From the IMG/VR virus record IMGVR_UViG_3300031993_000007: a stretch of 64,000 nt of DNA; one strand, 5' to 3'. The notes under the pieces were generated by a model that saw only the letters and a program-made list of their open reading frames with translations, was not told where the DNA came from and did not search any database. This document shows positions 1 through 9,511 of the stretch, piece by piece. Position numbers and translations under genes: made by a program. Each line of letters starts with the position of its first letter. Position 1 is the stretch's first letter. Source of the DNA: a virus. Taxonomy: Duplodnaviria > Caudoviricetes.

Positions 1-1423
1 GCTTCTTGAACGCACTCAGACCTTTAAGATTCTCCATAGGCGAGAATTCGTCTTTGACAATCATGGCAATCAGTCCGTGTGGGCCTTTGAATTGCAAGAT
101 TCCAAGGGTAATAACCAGCTCCAGAGTGAGCTTAAGCTTTCTGGTTTTGTCTTCTTTAAAGTAATCTTCCATAGCTTTAAAGATACAACTGCCTTCCCAT
201 TTGTCCAAATCGCTTTTGTCCTTGAGGTCTTCTAGAGTTTCAACTCCGCCAGCGCTAAGGCCATCAGGAAACTTTGAAAGATGTCCAGCCCAAGGGCCAA
301 GCCATGTTATAATCTTCTTCATTACTTCACGGTCTTTGAACTTGTAAGAATTCTCTGGCTTCAGCATCGACCCATTAGCGAATGATCTGACATCATCGTT
401 TATCAGATTATTACTTGATAACGAAAGGATGTCAGATATTCCCTTTATGATTTCCATCTTAGCCTGATCCTTGAATCTGTCATTTACATCTTCAGCGGAT
501 GCTTTAGAGATTTTTGACGGCTCAAAGACAAGAATCTTATTTCCGGAAATCTTGTAAGTGGGAAGTTGGGTTGTAAGGATCCTGACAGATCCTTCCCCGT
601 CACCTTCATACTTCTTGTCACCAGATACTTCTCGGTCACGTTGGATGCAACCCTTAAGAAATTCTTTGAGTTTTTCTTCGCCATCGGTGTTCATATCTAT
701 AAGACAGTAACCAAGGCAAGCGTTCATCAGATCAAATTCATCCATGTCTTTAGCTGACTTTGTATCATCAGTGATCAGACTGTTGACGTGAGAAGCAGCT
801 GCTTGGGCGGTTTCCCAGTCGTGCAACTCCGGCATTTCAAACTTTCCTGCCATAGTAATGATGGCTTCGACATCTTCCTTGCAGATATTTTCAAAGTTTA
901 ATTCATCTTCGTTAGTGATGTTGAGTTTAAACACTTCGGGGTGATTAGAGAATTTCATTGTAAACTTTTTCAAGTCATTTTCGTAATCACTTATAACGAT
1001 AATCTTTTCTTTGTGAAGACGATCGTGCATACTATTGAACATCTTAACGAACGGTGAACGATATTCATTAATCAGATCCACGGCCTTCTTAGTATCTTCT
1101 TCGGCAAGGTAGCCAGCCATTGTGTAATCATCTGGTTCCCATCCATCAATGACTCGTACCAAACCTTCATGCTGGCACAGGGCTGCATGAAGATAGACAT
1201 ACGCATCGTGATTTTCAGGAGAGGCTTCTCTAGAAGCTGCGATGCCGTAGTTAAAGACATTTACAAGTCCGGTCATAAGTTTTAAGACAGAAACCGGATC
1301 CATATCTTCGATTTTGCCATCGTTCCGTTCTGCGATTTCGCTGCAAGTATTTTGAACATTGCAAGTGGAATGTACAAATCCAGCAGCTGGACTGAGTACG
1401 AGTCTTTCGTTAGTTTCTTCCAT
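1..1423 (-). CDS. Hypothetical early protein, partial (runs off the left edge; starts MEETNERLVLSPAAG)
   Basis: Not in the ORF track because it is truncated. Manual translation from ATG at 1423 stays open to the window edge; GGAG RBS and a TATATTA motif lie upstream. Confidence 0.8.
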   Translation of the reverse strand, partial: MEETNERLVLSPAAGFVHSTCNVQNTCSEIAERNDGKIEDMDPVSVLKLMTGLVNVFNYGIAASREASPENHDAYVYLHAALCQHEGLVRVIDGWEPDDYTMAGYLAEEDTKKAVDLINEYRSPFVKMFNSMHDRLHKEKIIVISDYENDLKKFTMKFSNHPEVFKLNITNEDELNFENICKEDVEAIITMAGKFEMPELHDWETAQAAASHVNSLITDDTKSAKDMDEFDLMNACLGYCLIDMNTDGEEKLKEFLKGCIQRDREVSGDKKYEGDGEGSVRILTTQLPTYKISGNKILVFEPSKISKASAEDVNDRFKDQAKMEIIKGISDILSLSSNNLINDDVRSFANGSMLKPENSYKFKDREVMKKIITWLGPWAGHLSKFPDGLSAGGVETLEDLKDKSDLDKWEGSCIFKAMEDYFKEDKTRKLKLTLELVITLGILQFKGPHGLIAMIVKDEFSPMENLKGLSAFKK

Positions 1424-1491
1424 TTTTATCTCCATTAGGTTGGTCAGAGAATAATATAGAGCCAAAGGTTAGTACCTTTGGCTATCTATAA

Positions 1492-2028
1492 TTACACATA
1501 ATTGACGGCGTTTTTGAGCAGCCACTTTCGACCATATCGAACTGGGCGCTTAACATCAGCCGGAATGATGGCTTCGAGCTCTTCGTCAGTTGCTTCAGAA
1601 ATATTGTCCTTTGTAAAGGTCTTTTTCTCTTCAGCAGGTTGTTCTTCAGACTTCGGAGCCTCTTCAGTAGGAGCTTCATTTACTACTTCGGCAGGTTGCT
1701 CCACAGTTTCTTCGACCTTGACTTCTTCTTTGGGCTCCTCTGCCTTTGCCTCTTCTGTAGACTTCTTGAGAGGAGAAATCTTAGCTGGAGACTGCTCAGC
1801 AGAAGCCAAAGTTGCAGCTCGTTTCTCTTCTAGAGAAGGAACGTGCATAGACTTCGTCACGGCTATCCTCGGTTGTTCGACTGGCTCAGCCTTGGAGACT
1901 GTGATTTGGAGGCTAAATCCCATATTGGCAAGCTGCTTGCAAAGAGCGTCCGAGATTTTGACGTTCGTTACAGGGCCTCGGCCAACACCAGGAATGTTAC
2001 CTGTGTAGTTACAAGAAACGACTTTCAT
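1492..2028 (-). CDS. Hypothetical protein with E/P/A/K-rich low-complexity linker
   Basis: 178 aa ORF with AAAGG RBS; codon style matches neighbouring genes. Confidence 0.7.
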   Translation of the reverse strand: MKVVSCNYTGNIPGVGRGPVTNVKISDALCKQLANMGFSLQITVSKAEPVEQPRIAVTKSMHVPSLEEKRAATLASAEQSPAKISPLKKSTEEAKAEEPKEEVKVEETVEQPAEVVNEAPTEEAPKSEEQPAEEKKTFTKDNISEATDEELEAIIPADVKRPVRYGRKWLLKNAVNYV

Positions 2029-2099
2029 GTGTGTACCTTTGGTTCTGTGGTGGGAATAAATAGGCTGATCCGAAAATTCGAATCAGCCATTTGATAATC

Positions 2100-2795
2100 T
2101 TACAGATTGCATTCGAGTTCTGCTTCAGCTTCTTCAGCGAGGAGAATAATAGCAGATTCGGTGGCAAATTCGTCTTCTTCTTCGTCACCTTCACCTTCGT
2201 CTCCGGACTTATCGTCGGTGCCATCGGATTCACCTGCGGATTCAGCCGGATCTTTCTTATCTCCGTCCTTGAAGAGTTCATCAGAGAACAGGTCTGCAAT
2301 GTCAGACTTGTGCTTCTTGCTGCCCTTCTTCTTTTCGATTTCTTCTTCGTTTTCACCCGGAGTTTTGTCGCCTTCACCCGGAGTTTCTTCAGGTTCGGTA
2401 CCTGCGTCAGCGAAGAGTTCTTCTTCGATAGTCTTGCACTTCTTGTTCTTTGCAAGTTCCTTTTCGGCCTGATTGCCTACGGTATCCGGATTCGGATCCT
2501 TGGCTTCAGTACCGGCATCGGCACCTTCGCCCGGAGCGTGTTCGTCAAAGAGCTGGTTGAGTTCGGGATCATCAAACAGAGGCATAGTAGTATCCTGTGT
2601 AGAATTGTTGGATTTTGTTTCCTTGCACTGGCACGGAGATTTTCCACAAGTGGGGCAGGCTTTATCGGAATGTTGACAAGTGCAGGGCTGATTTCCGCAC
2701 TTTTCACAAACCTTGGACGAGTCCATCTCGCTAGATCCCGTCTCTGCAAAGAGTTCGGTTTCTATTTCATTCAAGAGTTCGTTAGTAATGGGCAT
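2100..2795 (-). CDS. Very acidic protein with two CxxCGxxPCxC repeats
   Basis: Likely start MPITNELL at 2795 after a GAGG RBS; contains CEKCGNQPCTC and CPTCGKSPCQC. Confidence 0.7.
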   Translation of the reverse strand: MPITNELLNEIETELFAETGSSEMDSSKVCEKCGNQPCTCQHSDKACPTCGKSPCQCKETKSNNSTQDTTMPLFDDPELNQLFDEHAPGEGADAGTEAKDPNPDTVGNQAEKELAKNKKCKTIEEELFADAGTEPEETPGEGDKTPGENEEEIEKKKGSKKHKSDIADLFSDELFKDGDKKDPAESAGESDGTDDKSGDEGEGDEEEDEFATESAIILLAEEAEAELECNL

Positions 2796-2802
2796 AGCAA
2801 CC

Positions 2803-3042
2803 TCATGGTTCAACGAGTTTCTCGAAGTCTGATTCCAGTTTGGACATCTCGGCTTCGTCGAATTCTTCAGAGTCTTCAAAGAAGGACACCTCAGATCTAC
2901 AAAAAGCTTCAATGTCACTGAAGTCTTCATTGAGAAGTTCCCTAGTGAATTCTTTGGAATCTTCCTGAAGGTCTTGTTTTTGGTTTTCACCTAAAAATCT
3001 AGAGGTTTCCTCTAACTTATTAATTTTAGTTGTTCCAATCAT
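2803..3042 (-). CDS. Small acidic hypothetical protein
   Basis: Likely start MIGTTK overlapping the end of the upstream gene; fills the operon gap. Confidence 0.5.
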   Translation of the reverse strand: MIGTTKINKLEETSRFLGENQKQDLQEDSKEFTRELLNEDFSDIEAFCRSEVSFFEDSEEFDEAEMSKLESDFEKLVEP

Positions 3043-4279
3043 AAATCGTCCTAATTCGGTTAATGATGTCATGGAAAATATAGATAGCAATCGGAAGATA
3101 GTAGTAATCCCAGATTGTACCCATCGGATTGATCAACGGAAGATACTTTCGGACATCTTCAAGAGTAGGGTTGTCCTTCCAGAATTTGATCAAGCGATGA
3201 TAATTAACAGCTTCAGGAACATCCGGCTGAATCTCGTCCGTTTCATCACGGAGATATTCCCAGAGGTTGCCAAAAATCTTTTGGTAGCCAAACTTACAAG
3301 GAGAGCAGCACGATCCGGCATAGCCAACTCCACGGACTACATAGTCACGAAGATGACGACCGGGAACTTCCTCGTGATAAGGCATTCTCATGTAAGCGCC
3401 TTCATAGTCAGCCATGAAGCAGAAGTTATGATTCTGCACAGCCCAGAAGAGAGTAGTCTTGTAGACTTTGTATAGTTCGGGGAAGTCTTCTACTTCAAAG
3501 GTGATCGGGTGGAGCTCATCACGGTATGGACGAGATCTAGACATGATATTTTCGTGGGCCACAAAGAAGTGTGCACATTCATCCCACCAAAGATAGAACG
3601 GCATTGTATCTAGTTCTTTCATGTAGGCATCTGTGCGGCGGTCATAGAACATCGATCCAATATCTACCACAAGCCTGTCAATCTTCTTTTGAATTTCAAA
3701 GCAAAGCTCAGCCTTGTCTTCTGCAACGATAGCGCTCTTGTTGGCACTAGACGGACTACCGACCACTTCGTAATTGCATTCTACCTGCTTTTTAAGATCC
3801 TCGATATCTGCGAAGGTCTTGTACAAGTAGTAATTGACAGTGTAGAAAGCTCGTCCACGGATGTGCGACCTAGTGACCTTGCTAACACGGAATACAGCAG
3901 TCTTGTGTCCATACCAAGGAATTGTGAACAAGTCGTCTTCTCTGGGCTGAACACTAGTAGGCGGCACTAGAGCCGTACCTTCCACGTTAGCTTCAGTGCC
4001 GACATCTTCGCTTTCATCGGGATCAGCGTCACTAAGGTTTGTAGCCTTATAGAACGGGAAATTCTTAATGAGATTGAATTTTACCGGACTGTCTGTTCCA
4101 AGAATCTCCTGCACAGTTCGAAGATTTACATCGTGAGTAGAAGCAAAGAAATTCTTGCTATAATAATTTACCAGCAGCGGAAGCGCATTTAGGAAGGTGG
4201 AGTAGTCTTCAAGACTTTGCTTCAAAAATGCAGCTTGCGTAGCTTTAAAGTTTCTGGTATCTGAAAGTACAGTAGCCAT
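3026..4279 (-). CDS. Putative virion structural protein (neck/head-closure-like)
   Basis: 417 aa. N-terminal pattern (YYS...SPVKF..IKNFPFY...P..DDLF...FRV..V) recalls conserved structural proteins of AR9/phiKZ-like phages; co-transcribed from a late-type promoter. Confidence 0.45.
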   Translation of the reverse strand: MATVLSDTRNFKATQAAFLKQSLEDYSTFLNALPLLVNYYSKNFFASTHDVNLRTVQEILGTDSPVKFNLIKNFPFYKATNLSDADPDESEDVGTEANVEGTALVPPTSVQPREDDLFTIPWYGHKTAVFRVSKVTRSHIRGRAFYTVNYYLYKTFADIEDLKKQVECNYEVVGSPSSANKSAIVAEDKAELCFEIQKKIDRLVVDIGSMFYDRRTDAYMKELDTMPFYLWWDECAHFFVAHENIMSRSRPYRDELHPITFEVEDFPELYKVYKTTLFWAVQNHNFCFMADYEGAYMRMPYHEEVPGRHLRDYVVRGVGYAGSCCSPCKFGYQKIFGNLWEYLRDETDEIQPDVPEAVNYHRLIKFWKDNPTLEDVRKYLPLINPMGTIWDYYYLPIAIYIFHDIINRIRTIYDWNN

Positions 4280-4287
4280 GCTAATTC

Positions 4288-5781
4288 CTATTTCGTAAGT
4301 TCATAGATGGAGACAAACGCCTCTTTCTGAAGATCGCGGCTCATACTTCCATCGGGTTGAAGAAGCATCAATGGGGATGAAATGCTCTTAGCAAGTTCTT
4401 CATTGGCCTCCTGACTAAAGACTCCCTTTAGCGACATCGTGTCGCCATCGAAGTCACCTCCAAAGCCAGACAGCGTAGTAGAGTTTGGCATGGAGCTGTC
4501 AATCCAGTGAAGATTCTTTGCAAAAATATTTGGATAGTTCTTGTAGGTAGTCCCGAACATCGTTATTTCAGGAATGGTCTCTTCAGTGGTAAGAATCACC
4601 GGACGGAAGGGCTCCACGTTTCGGTAGTCTTCCAGAGGGAAGCGCACCATGATTACAAACTTGTTCTGAATGACGTTGTGGACGCACTTATACAAGAAAT
4701 CTAGAATAGTGAAGGGTCTACCCAGAATCTTCTTATACTCGATGTCCATGATGTTTTCGCCTTCCTGTGTCTCAATGGCAAACGGCTGAAGACGGTTCTC
4801 TGGACTCTTAGCGTAGAATTTAATCAGTTTCTCGAAGCTAGTGGAGCTAATCTGATCTATGGTAGTGTCCATGATCTTAAGACCCTTTCCATTAGCAAGA
4901 TAGAGCTTATAAGCACTAAGACTCTGACAACTAGCCTGCATTTCTGCTACCACAAAGGGCATAAACAGAGCAGCCAGCTGATGCAGAGGAATTCCTACAT
5001 AGCCGTACGGAACCAGCATGTCTTTGTAGGAATTGGCGTTACGGATCGGAGCGCAACTGATAACCGTTCTGGTGGAGTAGTCGATATTCTTGCCGAGGAT
5101 ATCTTTGTGGATGATACCCTGCTTCTTGGCAATCCTATTACGGAAGAAACGGCTGATTTCCACCAGAGTATTTTGGATATTCATTTCACTAGAGTATGCA
5201 GAGAAGAATTGACCTTCATTCTTTAGCATCTTAGCCACAGAAATCAGCTTGATATACATACTTCCGAGCTCATCAATACTGCGAGCGCTATCACCAGTTC
5301 TAAGGTTGATGTCAAAGTAGAACGGAGGAATGGTTATCCACTTAGTTACAAAGATTTTGTTCTTCGGGAATAGCTTAAACAGACTTGTGCGTTTAGAGCG
5401 GCTTCTAGATCCACGGTCATCTAGATTAATCTTTTCGTAGTTCTTGTATAGCCATTCAAGGCCAGTACCGCCCTTCTCATCTTCAACAATGATGCCATTA
5501 TTACCGACAGAGAAGTTCTTTCGTCCGGCAATTAGGTCGGGAAGCTTGGTGAAGAGCTTCTGCATTTGTTCGTATGCAACTGGATGCAGGAACGGACGTC
5601 CGAGATCAATCCAGCCATATTGAAGACGACGGCGAGTAGAGCCGGGTCTGCCGAACAATTCGTAGCTAAATATTCCGTCAGAAGTTGGAATATTAGATCC
5701 TTCTACATAGACTGGATTGGTAATCTCAGGAAGATTATTTACTTTAATAATCTCTTCAATATTTGGAAGATCTAATTTCAT
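4288..5781 (-). CDS. Multisubunit RNA polymerase beta' subunit, N-terminal/catalytic part (probably virion RNAP)
   Basis: DGIFS..LFG, GWIDL, GKNIDYSTRTVIS, RFP and catalytic GGDFDGD motifs correspond to conserved beta' regions. Confidence 0.92.
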   Translation of the reverse strand: MKLDLPNIEEIIKVNNLPEITNPVYVEGSNIPTSDGIFSYELFGRPGSTRRRLQYGWIDLGRPFLHPVAYEQMQKLFTKLPDLIAGRKNFSVGNNGIIVEDEKGGTGLEWLYKNYEKINLDDRGSRSRSKRTSLFKLFPKNKIFVTKWITIPPFYFDINLRTGDSARSIDELGSMYIKLISVAKMLKNEGQFFSAYSSEMNIQNTLVEISRFFRNRIAKKQGIIHKDILGKNIDYSTRTVISCAPIRNANSYKDMLVPYGYVGIPLHQLAALFMPFVVAEMQASCQSLSAYKLYLANGKGLKIMDTTIDQISSTSFEKLIKFYAKSPENRLQPFAIETQEGENIMDIEYKKILGRPFTILDFLYKCVHNVIQNKFVIMVRFPLEDYRNVEPFRPVILTTEETIPEITMFGTTYKNYPNIFAKNLHWIDSSMPNSTTLSGFGGDFDGDTMSLKGVFSQEANEELAKSISSPLMLLQPDGSMSRDLQKEAFVSIYELTK

Positions 5782-5812
5782 AAGTATTCCTTAGTTATCA
5801 AAGGAAAGTTCT

Positions 5813-5835
5813 AGCCCATAGGAAACCTATGGGCT
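5813..5835. terminator. Intergenic hairpin
   Basis: Perfect 10-bp inverted repeat AGCCCATAGG-AAA-CCTATGGGCT. Confidence 0.55.
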
Positions 5836-5840
5836 TTGAA

Positions 5841-6491
5841 TTAGTAAGTGTTAAGAGTGAATTTCTTTTCTTCGGCTAGATTCTTAGCTGCTAGGATCAA
5901 GCCTTGGTTGTAGCCATACGAAGGAAAGATAAACTCTTTTTTCTCGTCTCCGCAGTGTTCCATCACATCTAACTGGTTAGCCGGATGGTCATCTACAAAG
6001 ACATCGAAATCGCCATACATCTTAGAGATAATCTTTGACTTTGGTTCAGAGATATCTATAGCTTCGTAAGCGAAATCTGTATTCTTGAAATGGTTAAAGA
6101 TCCATTCACGTTTGCTAATGTCTGACTTACCGCCAAGAACATGTGTAACAAATACGATCTTATGGCCTTGATTTCTAAGGACTAGCTCACTTCCAAATTT
6201 GGTTAATGGAAGGCCTTGATAAAAAGTCTCATTGTCTTTATAGGCATTTAAGAACGTTTCTCTAGCAATATCCGGAAGTCCTAACCATTCAGGAAGATCA
6301 TAAATAAGCCTGTCCATTACGGCTTTTTCAAAAGATTCTCTGCCTCCGCAAGCCGCATGAACCACAGCCCAGTTGCTTACCCTATTGAAGATTACTTTCT
6401 TCTTGAAGGCTTCGGCAATCCACTTAGGATCCGGAATAACAACCACATCGTCAATATCACATATCACCAGCTTCTTTTTTGTGCTTGCCAT
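5841..6491 (-). CDS. HAD-family 5'(3')-deoxyribonucleotidase-like phosphatase
   Basis: Motif I CDIDDVV, FVT, K..W, and VFVDDHP.N. Start reassigned to MASTKK after a GAGG RBS. Confidence 0.75.
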   Translation of the reverse strand: MASTKKKLVICDIDDVVVIPDPKWIAEAFKKKVIFNRVSNWAVVHAACGGRESFEKAVMDRLIYDLPEWLGLPDIARETFLNAYKDNETFYQGLPLTKFGSELVLRNQGHKIVFVTHVLGGKSDISKREWIFNHFKNTDFAYEAIDISEPKSKIISKMYGDFDVFVDDHPANQLDVMEHCGDEKKEFIFPSYGYNQGLILAAKNLAEEKKFTLNTY

Positions 6492-6552
6492 AATGTCCTC
6501 ATAAAAAATAAAAAAGGCCGGATTGCTCCGGCCCATTTGTACATGGAGAATC

Positions 6553-7389
6553 TTAGAAGGGAAGATCGCCGTCGTCAGCGGTACCACCCCAGCCAGCTTC
6601 GTAAGAAGTTTCAGCTTGCTGTTGGGCAGGTGCCTGACCACCGCCATTCTGCTGATTAGGAGCTCCACGGCGAGTTACCACACGACCATTGGAGTTACCC
6701 ATCGGCTTACGTTGCTCACGGGCGTTACGATAGTTAACGGCCTGACGGATCGGAATGTAGTCAAGCGGAGTCTGAAGAACTTCAGCCATGCGATTGAGCC
6801 ACCTTACGAAAACCTTGAGCATCGTATTGGTCTTTTCAACGATAGAGTCAGCTTCGCCTTCCTTCACTGCAGTGAGATCCTTGTAGTAAGTGAGCTCCTT
6901 GCAGCTGAACGGGAATTGGGCGTTGAACTGTGCGTTACCAACGCTAGATTCTACATAAAGGATAAATTCATTGCTGGGGCCTTCGCCCTTATATCCTTCA
7001 AGGCTAGAGGTGCGAATGAGGCGGAGATTCTTTTCGTTACCTTCACCACCTGTACGAATGCCAACTTCACCAATTTCTTTGTTGACAACCATCTTCTTAA
7101 CCATGTCGAGGAAGTCTTCAAGGTCAGAAGAGTTGATGCCTACGAAAATGATGTTGTCATAATCATAGATCTTTTCGCCTTTGCGAGGAGCACGACCACG
7201 AGTCTCAGGGAAACGAGGAGCGAACTGGACGGTAGCGAAAGTACGACCATAGCCATCAGAGCTGTAGCCGAGGATCAAGCAGCTGTCGTCAGAGAAGTAG
7301 CTTCCACAACGAGTGTTGACGAAATTAGACTTCTTTTCTTCAGTTGCGTTGGAGTTGGTGTTGTTATTGGCATTATTTTGCTGTGTCAT
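6553..7389 (-). CDS. Putative single-stranded DNA-binding protein
   Basis: Directly downstream of the DNA polymerase; G/Q/N-rich disordered tail ending in the SSB-type DDGDLPF. Confidence 0.6.
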   Translation of the reverse strand: MTQQNNANNNTNSNATEEKKSNFVNTRCGSYFSDDSCLILGYSSDGYGRTFATVQFAPRFPETRGRAPRKGEKIYDYDNIIFVGINSSDLEDFLDMVKKMVVNKEIGEVGIRTGGEGNEKNLRLIRTSSLEGYKGEGPSNEFILYVESSVGNAQFNAQFPFSCKELTYYKDLTAVKEGEADSIVEKTNTMLKVFVRWLNRMAEVLQTPLDYIPIRQAVNYRNAREQRKPMGNSNGRVVTRRGAPNQQNGGGQAPAQQQAETSYEAGWGGTADDGDLPF

Positions 7390-7419
7390 AATGGAACCTT
7401 CACTTGAGGTTAAATTTGT

Positions 7420-9381
7420 TTATACTTCAATAAATGACGAGAAAGTTTTTCCACTTCCAATAGACTGGATTTGGAAACCCAGACTTCCCATCAAAGGATA
7501 GTCGGCTCTGGTGTTATCTTCTACAATCTTGTTAAAGTCAATAAGACCTACAAGAGCCTCTGGGATTTTATCGATTCGTTTCGGAATTGCTATGAACTTA
7601 GCGCCGCTCTTTTCAAAGTAGTCTGCATTGTTGGTAAAGACCTTTGAAGCGTTGTTGTATTCAGTAGCGAATTTTTCACGAATGGACTCAAGGTCATCTG
7701 TGCCTCTAATCTGAGAGATCGGAAGCATATACACCTTGGAATATGGCTGAATCTGATCGTTGGGATACATGGCATTCCAGAGAATAACAGCTTTGCAAAC
7801 AGAGTTAGCCGTCGGAGATTTGTAAGCCGTGAAATTAGTAAATTTTCCAGGCTTCAAAAAGTCCGTATTCAATTTTTGAGTTAGTGATGAATAAATTTCA
7901 TTCTCAAACTCGACGAATTTTCTCAGGATATTCTTTGGATTGATGGTGTCTGTGAATAGATACTCATCGTACAAAACCTGAGTAAAGAATTTTCTGGTCT
8001 TAGCGTTGGTACTGACTTTCTTAAGATCAAGGCCCTTGATATCCGGCTTCGGAGTATCGAATACCTTGCCTTCTCGCACCATCACGATAGAGGCATAATT
8101 CTTCTTATTCGGAGTCATCACCAGACGACGGAACAAGAATTCACTCTTCATGTTAATGTGCTTCTGATAGTCTTCCGAGACGCTTAAGCCGCTAGTAACG
8201 GCATCCAGAATGTCCTGAATCATGTTGGCGATGATATTGTTACCAATATGGGCCACTGCGATCTTGTGTTCTTTAGTATTCCTGACTTCAGGATCAACCT
8301 CGAATAGTTCCTCAAAAGTTTCCGTAATGAATTTGCCAAGATAAGCAAACAGAGAGTCAGAGTCAACCAATAGTACGCTACGGCGCTTAAGGCGCTTTAC
8401 AATTTCAGAACGGTTGAACTTGACGAACGGATGAGCAACATATTTGCGGACAAGATCATTTATCTTTCCCATCGGAACCTTAATCTGCTCTGTAGGAACA
8501 TTCGGATCTGTAAAATTCTGGTCATAACACTGACCCAGTAAATCTGCAACCTTATCTTGAAATAAGAACGCTTTAAGGTTGTTTGTGTAGTAGATACGGT
8601 TGATAAACTCCTGTGTACAGGTATTGACCATCTGTACGATAGGCTGTCTATCGATGTAGCATCCTTCCGCACACTTGGTCTTTGTCAAGTAGTCTATCAA
8701 GATTTCCGGGGTGATAGCATTAGGATCATCAAGCCATTCGGCAATCGGATCTTCATACTTAGAAGCATGGATTGCACATTCTTCAATAAATCGAATGGCG
8801 TCGTTTGTACTCTCAAATTGAATATTGTTTTCCATGAGAGCTTCAAGGAACATAACACCGCTAGTAATGATGGTATAGCCGTTGTATGTAGTACTTGGGC
8901 CGACAAACGAATTGGCCATGAAATAGGAACCTTGAGCGCTAGCACCATATTCGGCATTAATCACCAGCTTACAAAGAATCTGGAGAAGGTGATGAAGCTC
9001 TGTAATAGTCTGGTCTTCATCATTAAGATGCTCTAGCTCAATTTTCTTTTCGCGTTTACGACGATCTTGGACGTAGTTAATAAAGCTAATCAGCGGACTA
9101 AGATTATCAGAGTGTCTGGCCCACAAAGTACCATAAGCACTCAGGATATTCTTATTTCCGTAGACATCACCTATTACATCTACGAGGTCACATTCTTCTA
9201 CCGTATGATGGAAGTTATTGTGAATGACTACTCTATTTTTATCAGCAGTCTTTATCAACGCTTCTTCGATCATTTTAGATAGAAGCGGCTCAGCCTTGGC
9301 AGGGAATGCCTGGCCTGTCGTTAATGTATAAAGCCTCTTTACAGAGGATTTATAAGATTCTATAAAAGCATTTTGTTCCAT
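7420..9381 (-). CDS. Family B DNA polymerase, subunit of a split enzyme
   Basis: Motif B (Q..CKLVINAEYG), motif C-like (VDSDS), KKNYA and IKGLD. No exonuclease motifs or motif A recognised. Confidence 0.85.
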   Translation of the reverse strand: MEQNAFIESYKSSVKRLYTLTTGQAFPAKAEPLLSKMIEEALIKTADKNRVVIHNNFHHTVEECDLVDVIGDVYGNKNILSAYGTLWARHSDNLSPLISFINYVQDRRKREKKIELEHLNDEDQTITELHHLLQILCKLVINAEYGASAQGSYFMANSFVGPSTTYNGYTIITSGVMFLEALMENNIQFESTNDAIRFIEECAIHASKYEDPIAEWLDDPNAITPEILIDYLTKTKCAEGCYIDRQPIVQMVNTCTQEFINRIYYTNNLKAFLFQDKVADLLGQCYDQNFTDPNVPTEQIKVPMGKINDLVRKYVAHPFVKFNRSEIVKRLKRRSVLLVDSDSLFAYLGKFITETFEELFEVDPEVRNTKEHKIAVAHIGNNIIANMIQDILDAVTSGLSVSEDYQKHINMKSEFLFRRLVMTPNKKNYASIVMVREGKVFDTPKPDIKGLDLKKVSTNAKTRKFFTQVLYDEYLFTDTINPKNILRKFVEFENEIYSSLTQKLNTDFLKPGKFTNFTAYKSPTANSVCKAVILWNAMYPNDQIQPYSKVYMLPISQIRGTDDLESIREKFATEYNNASKVFTNNADYFEKSGAKFIAIPKRIDKIPEALVGLIDFNKIVEDNTRADYPLMGSLGFQIQSIGSGKTFSSFIEV

Positions 9382-9511
9382 TTGTTATCTCGCTTCATCA
9401 TAGTGTTGAAGCAGATCATTCTTTCATATATTCGCATAACCAAAAAGCTTGAAAGTACAGACACTCAGAACGAAATATTGACACCCACCAACTAATTACA
9501 AAGGTAACACA

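Noticed and set aside
484-1260. Short ORFs listed in the first 1.3 kb
   Set aside because: They lie in alternative frames of a single long minus-strand CDS starting at 1423 that runs off the window.
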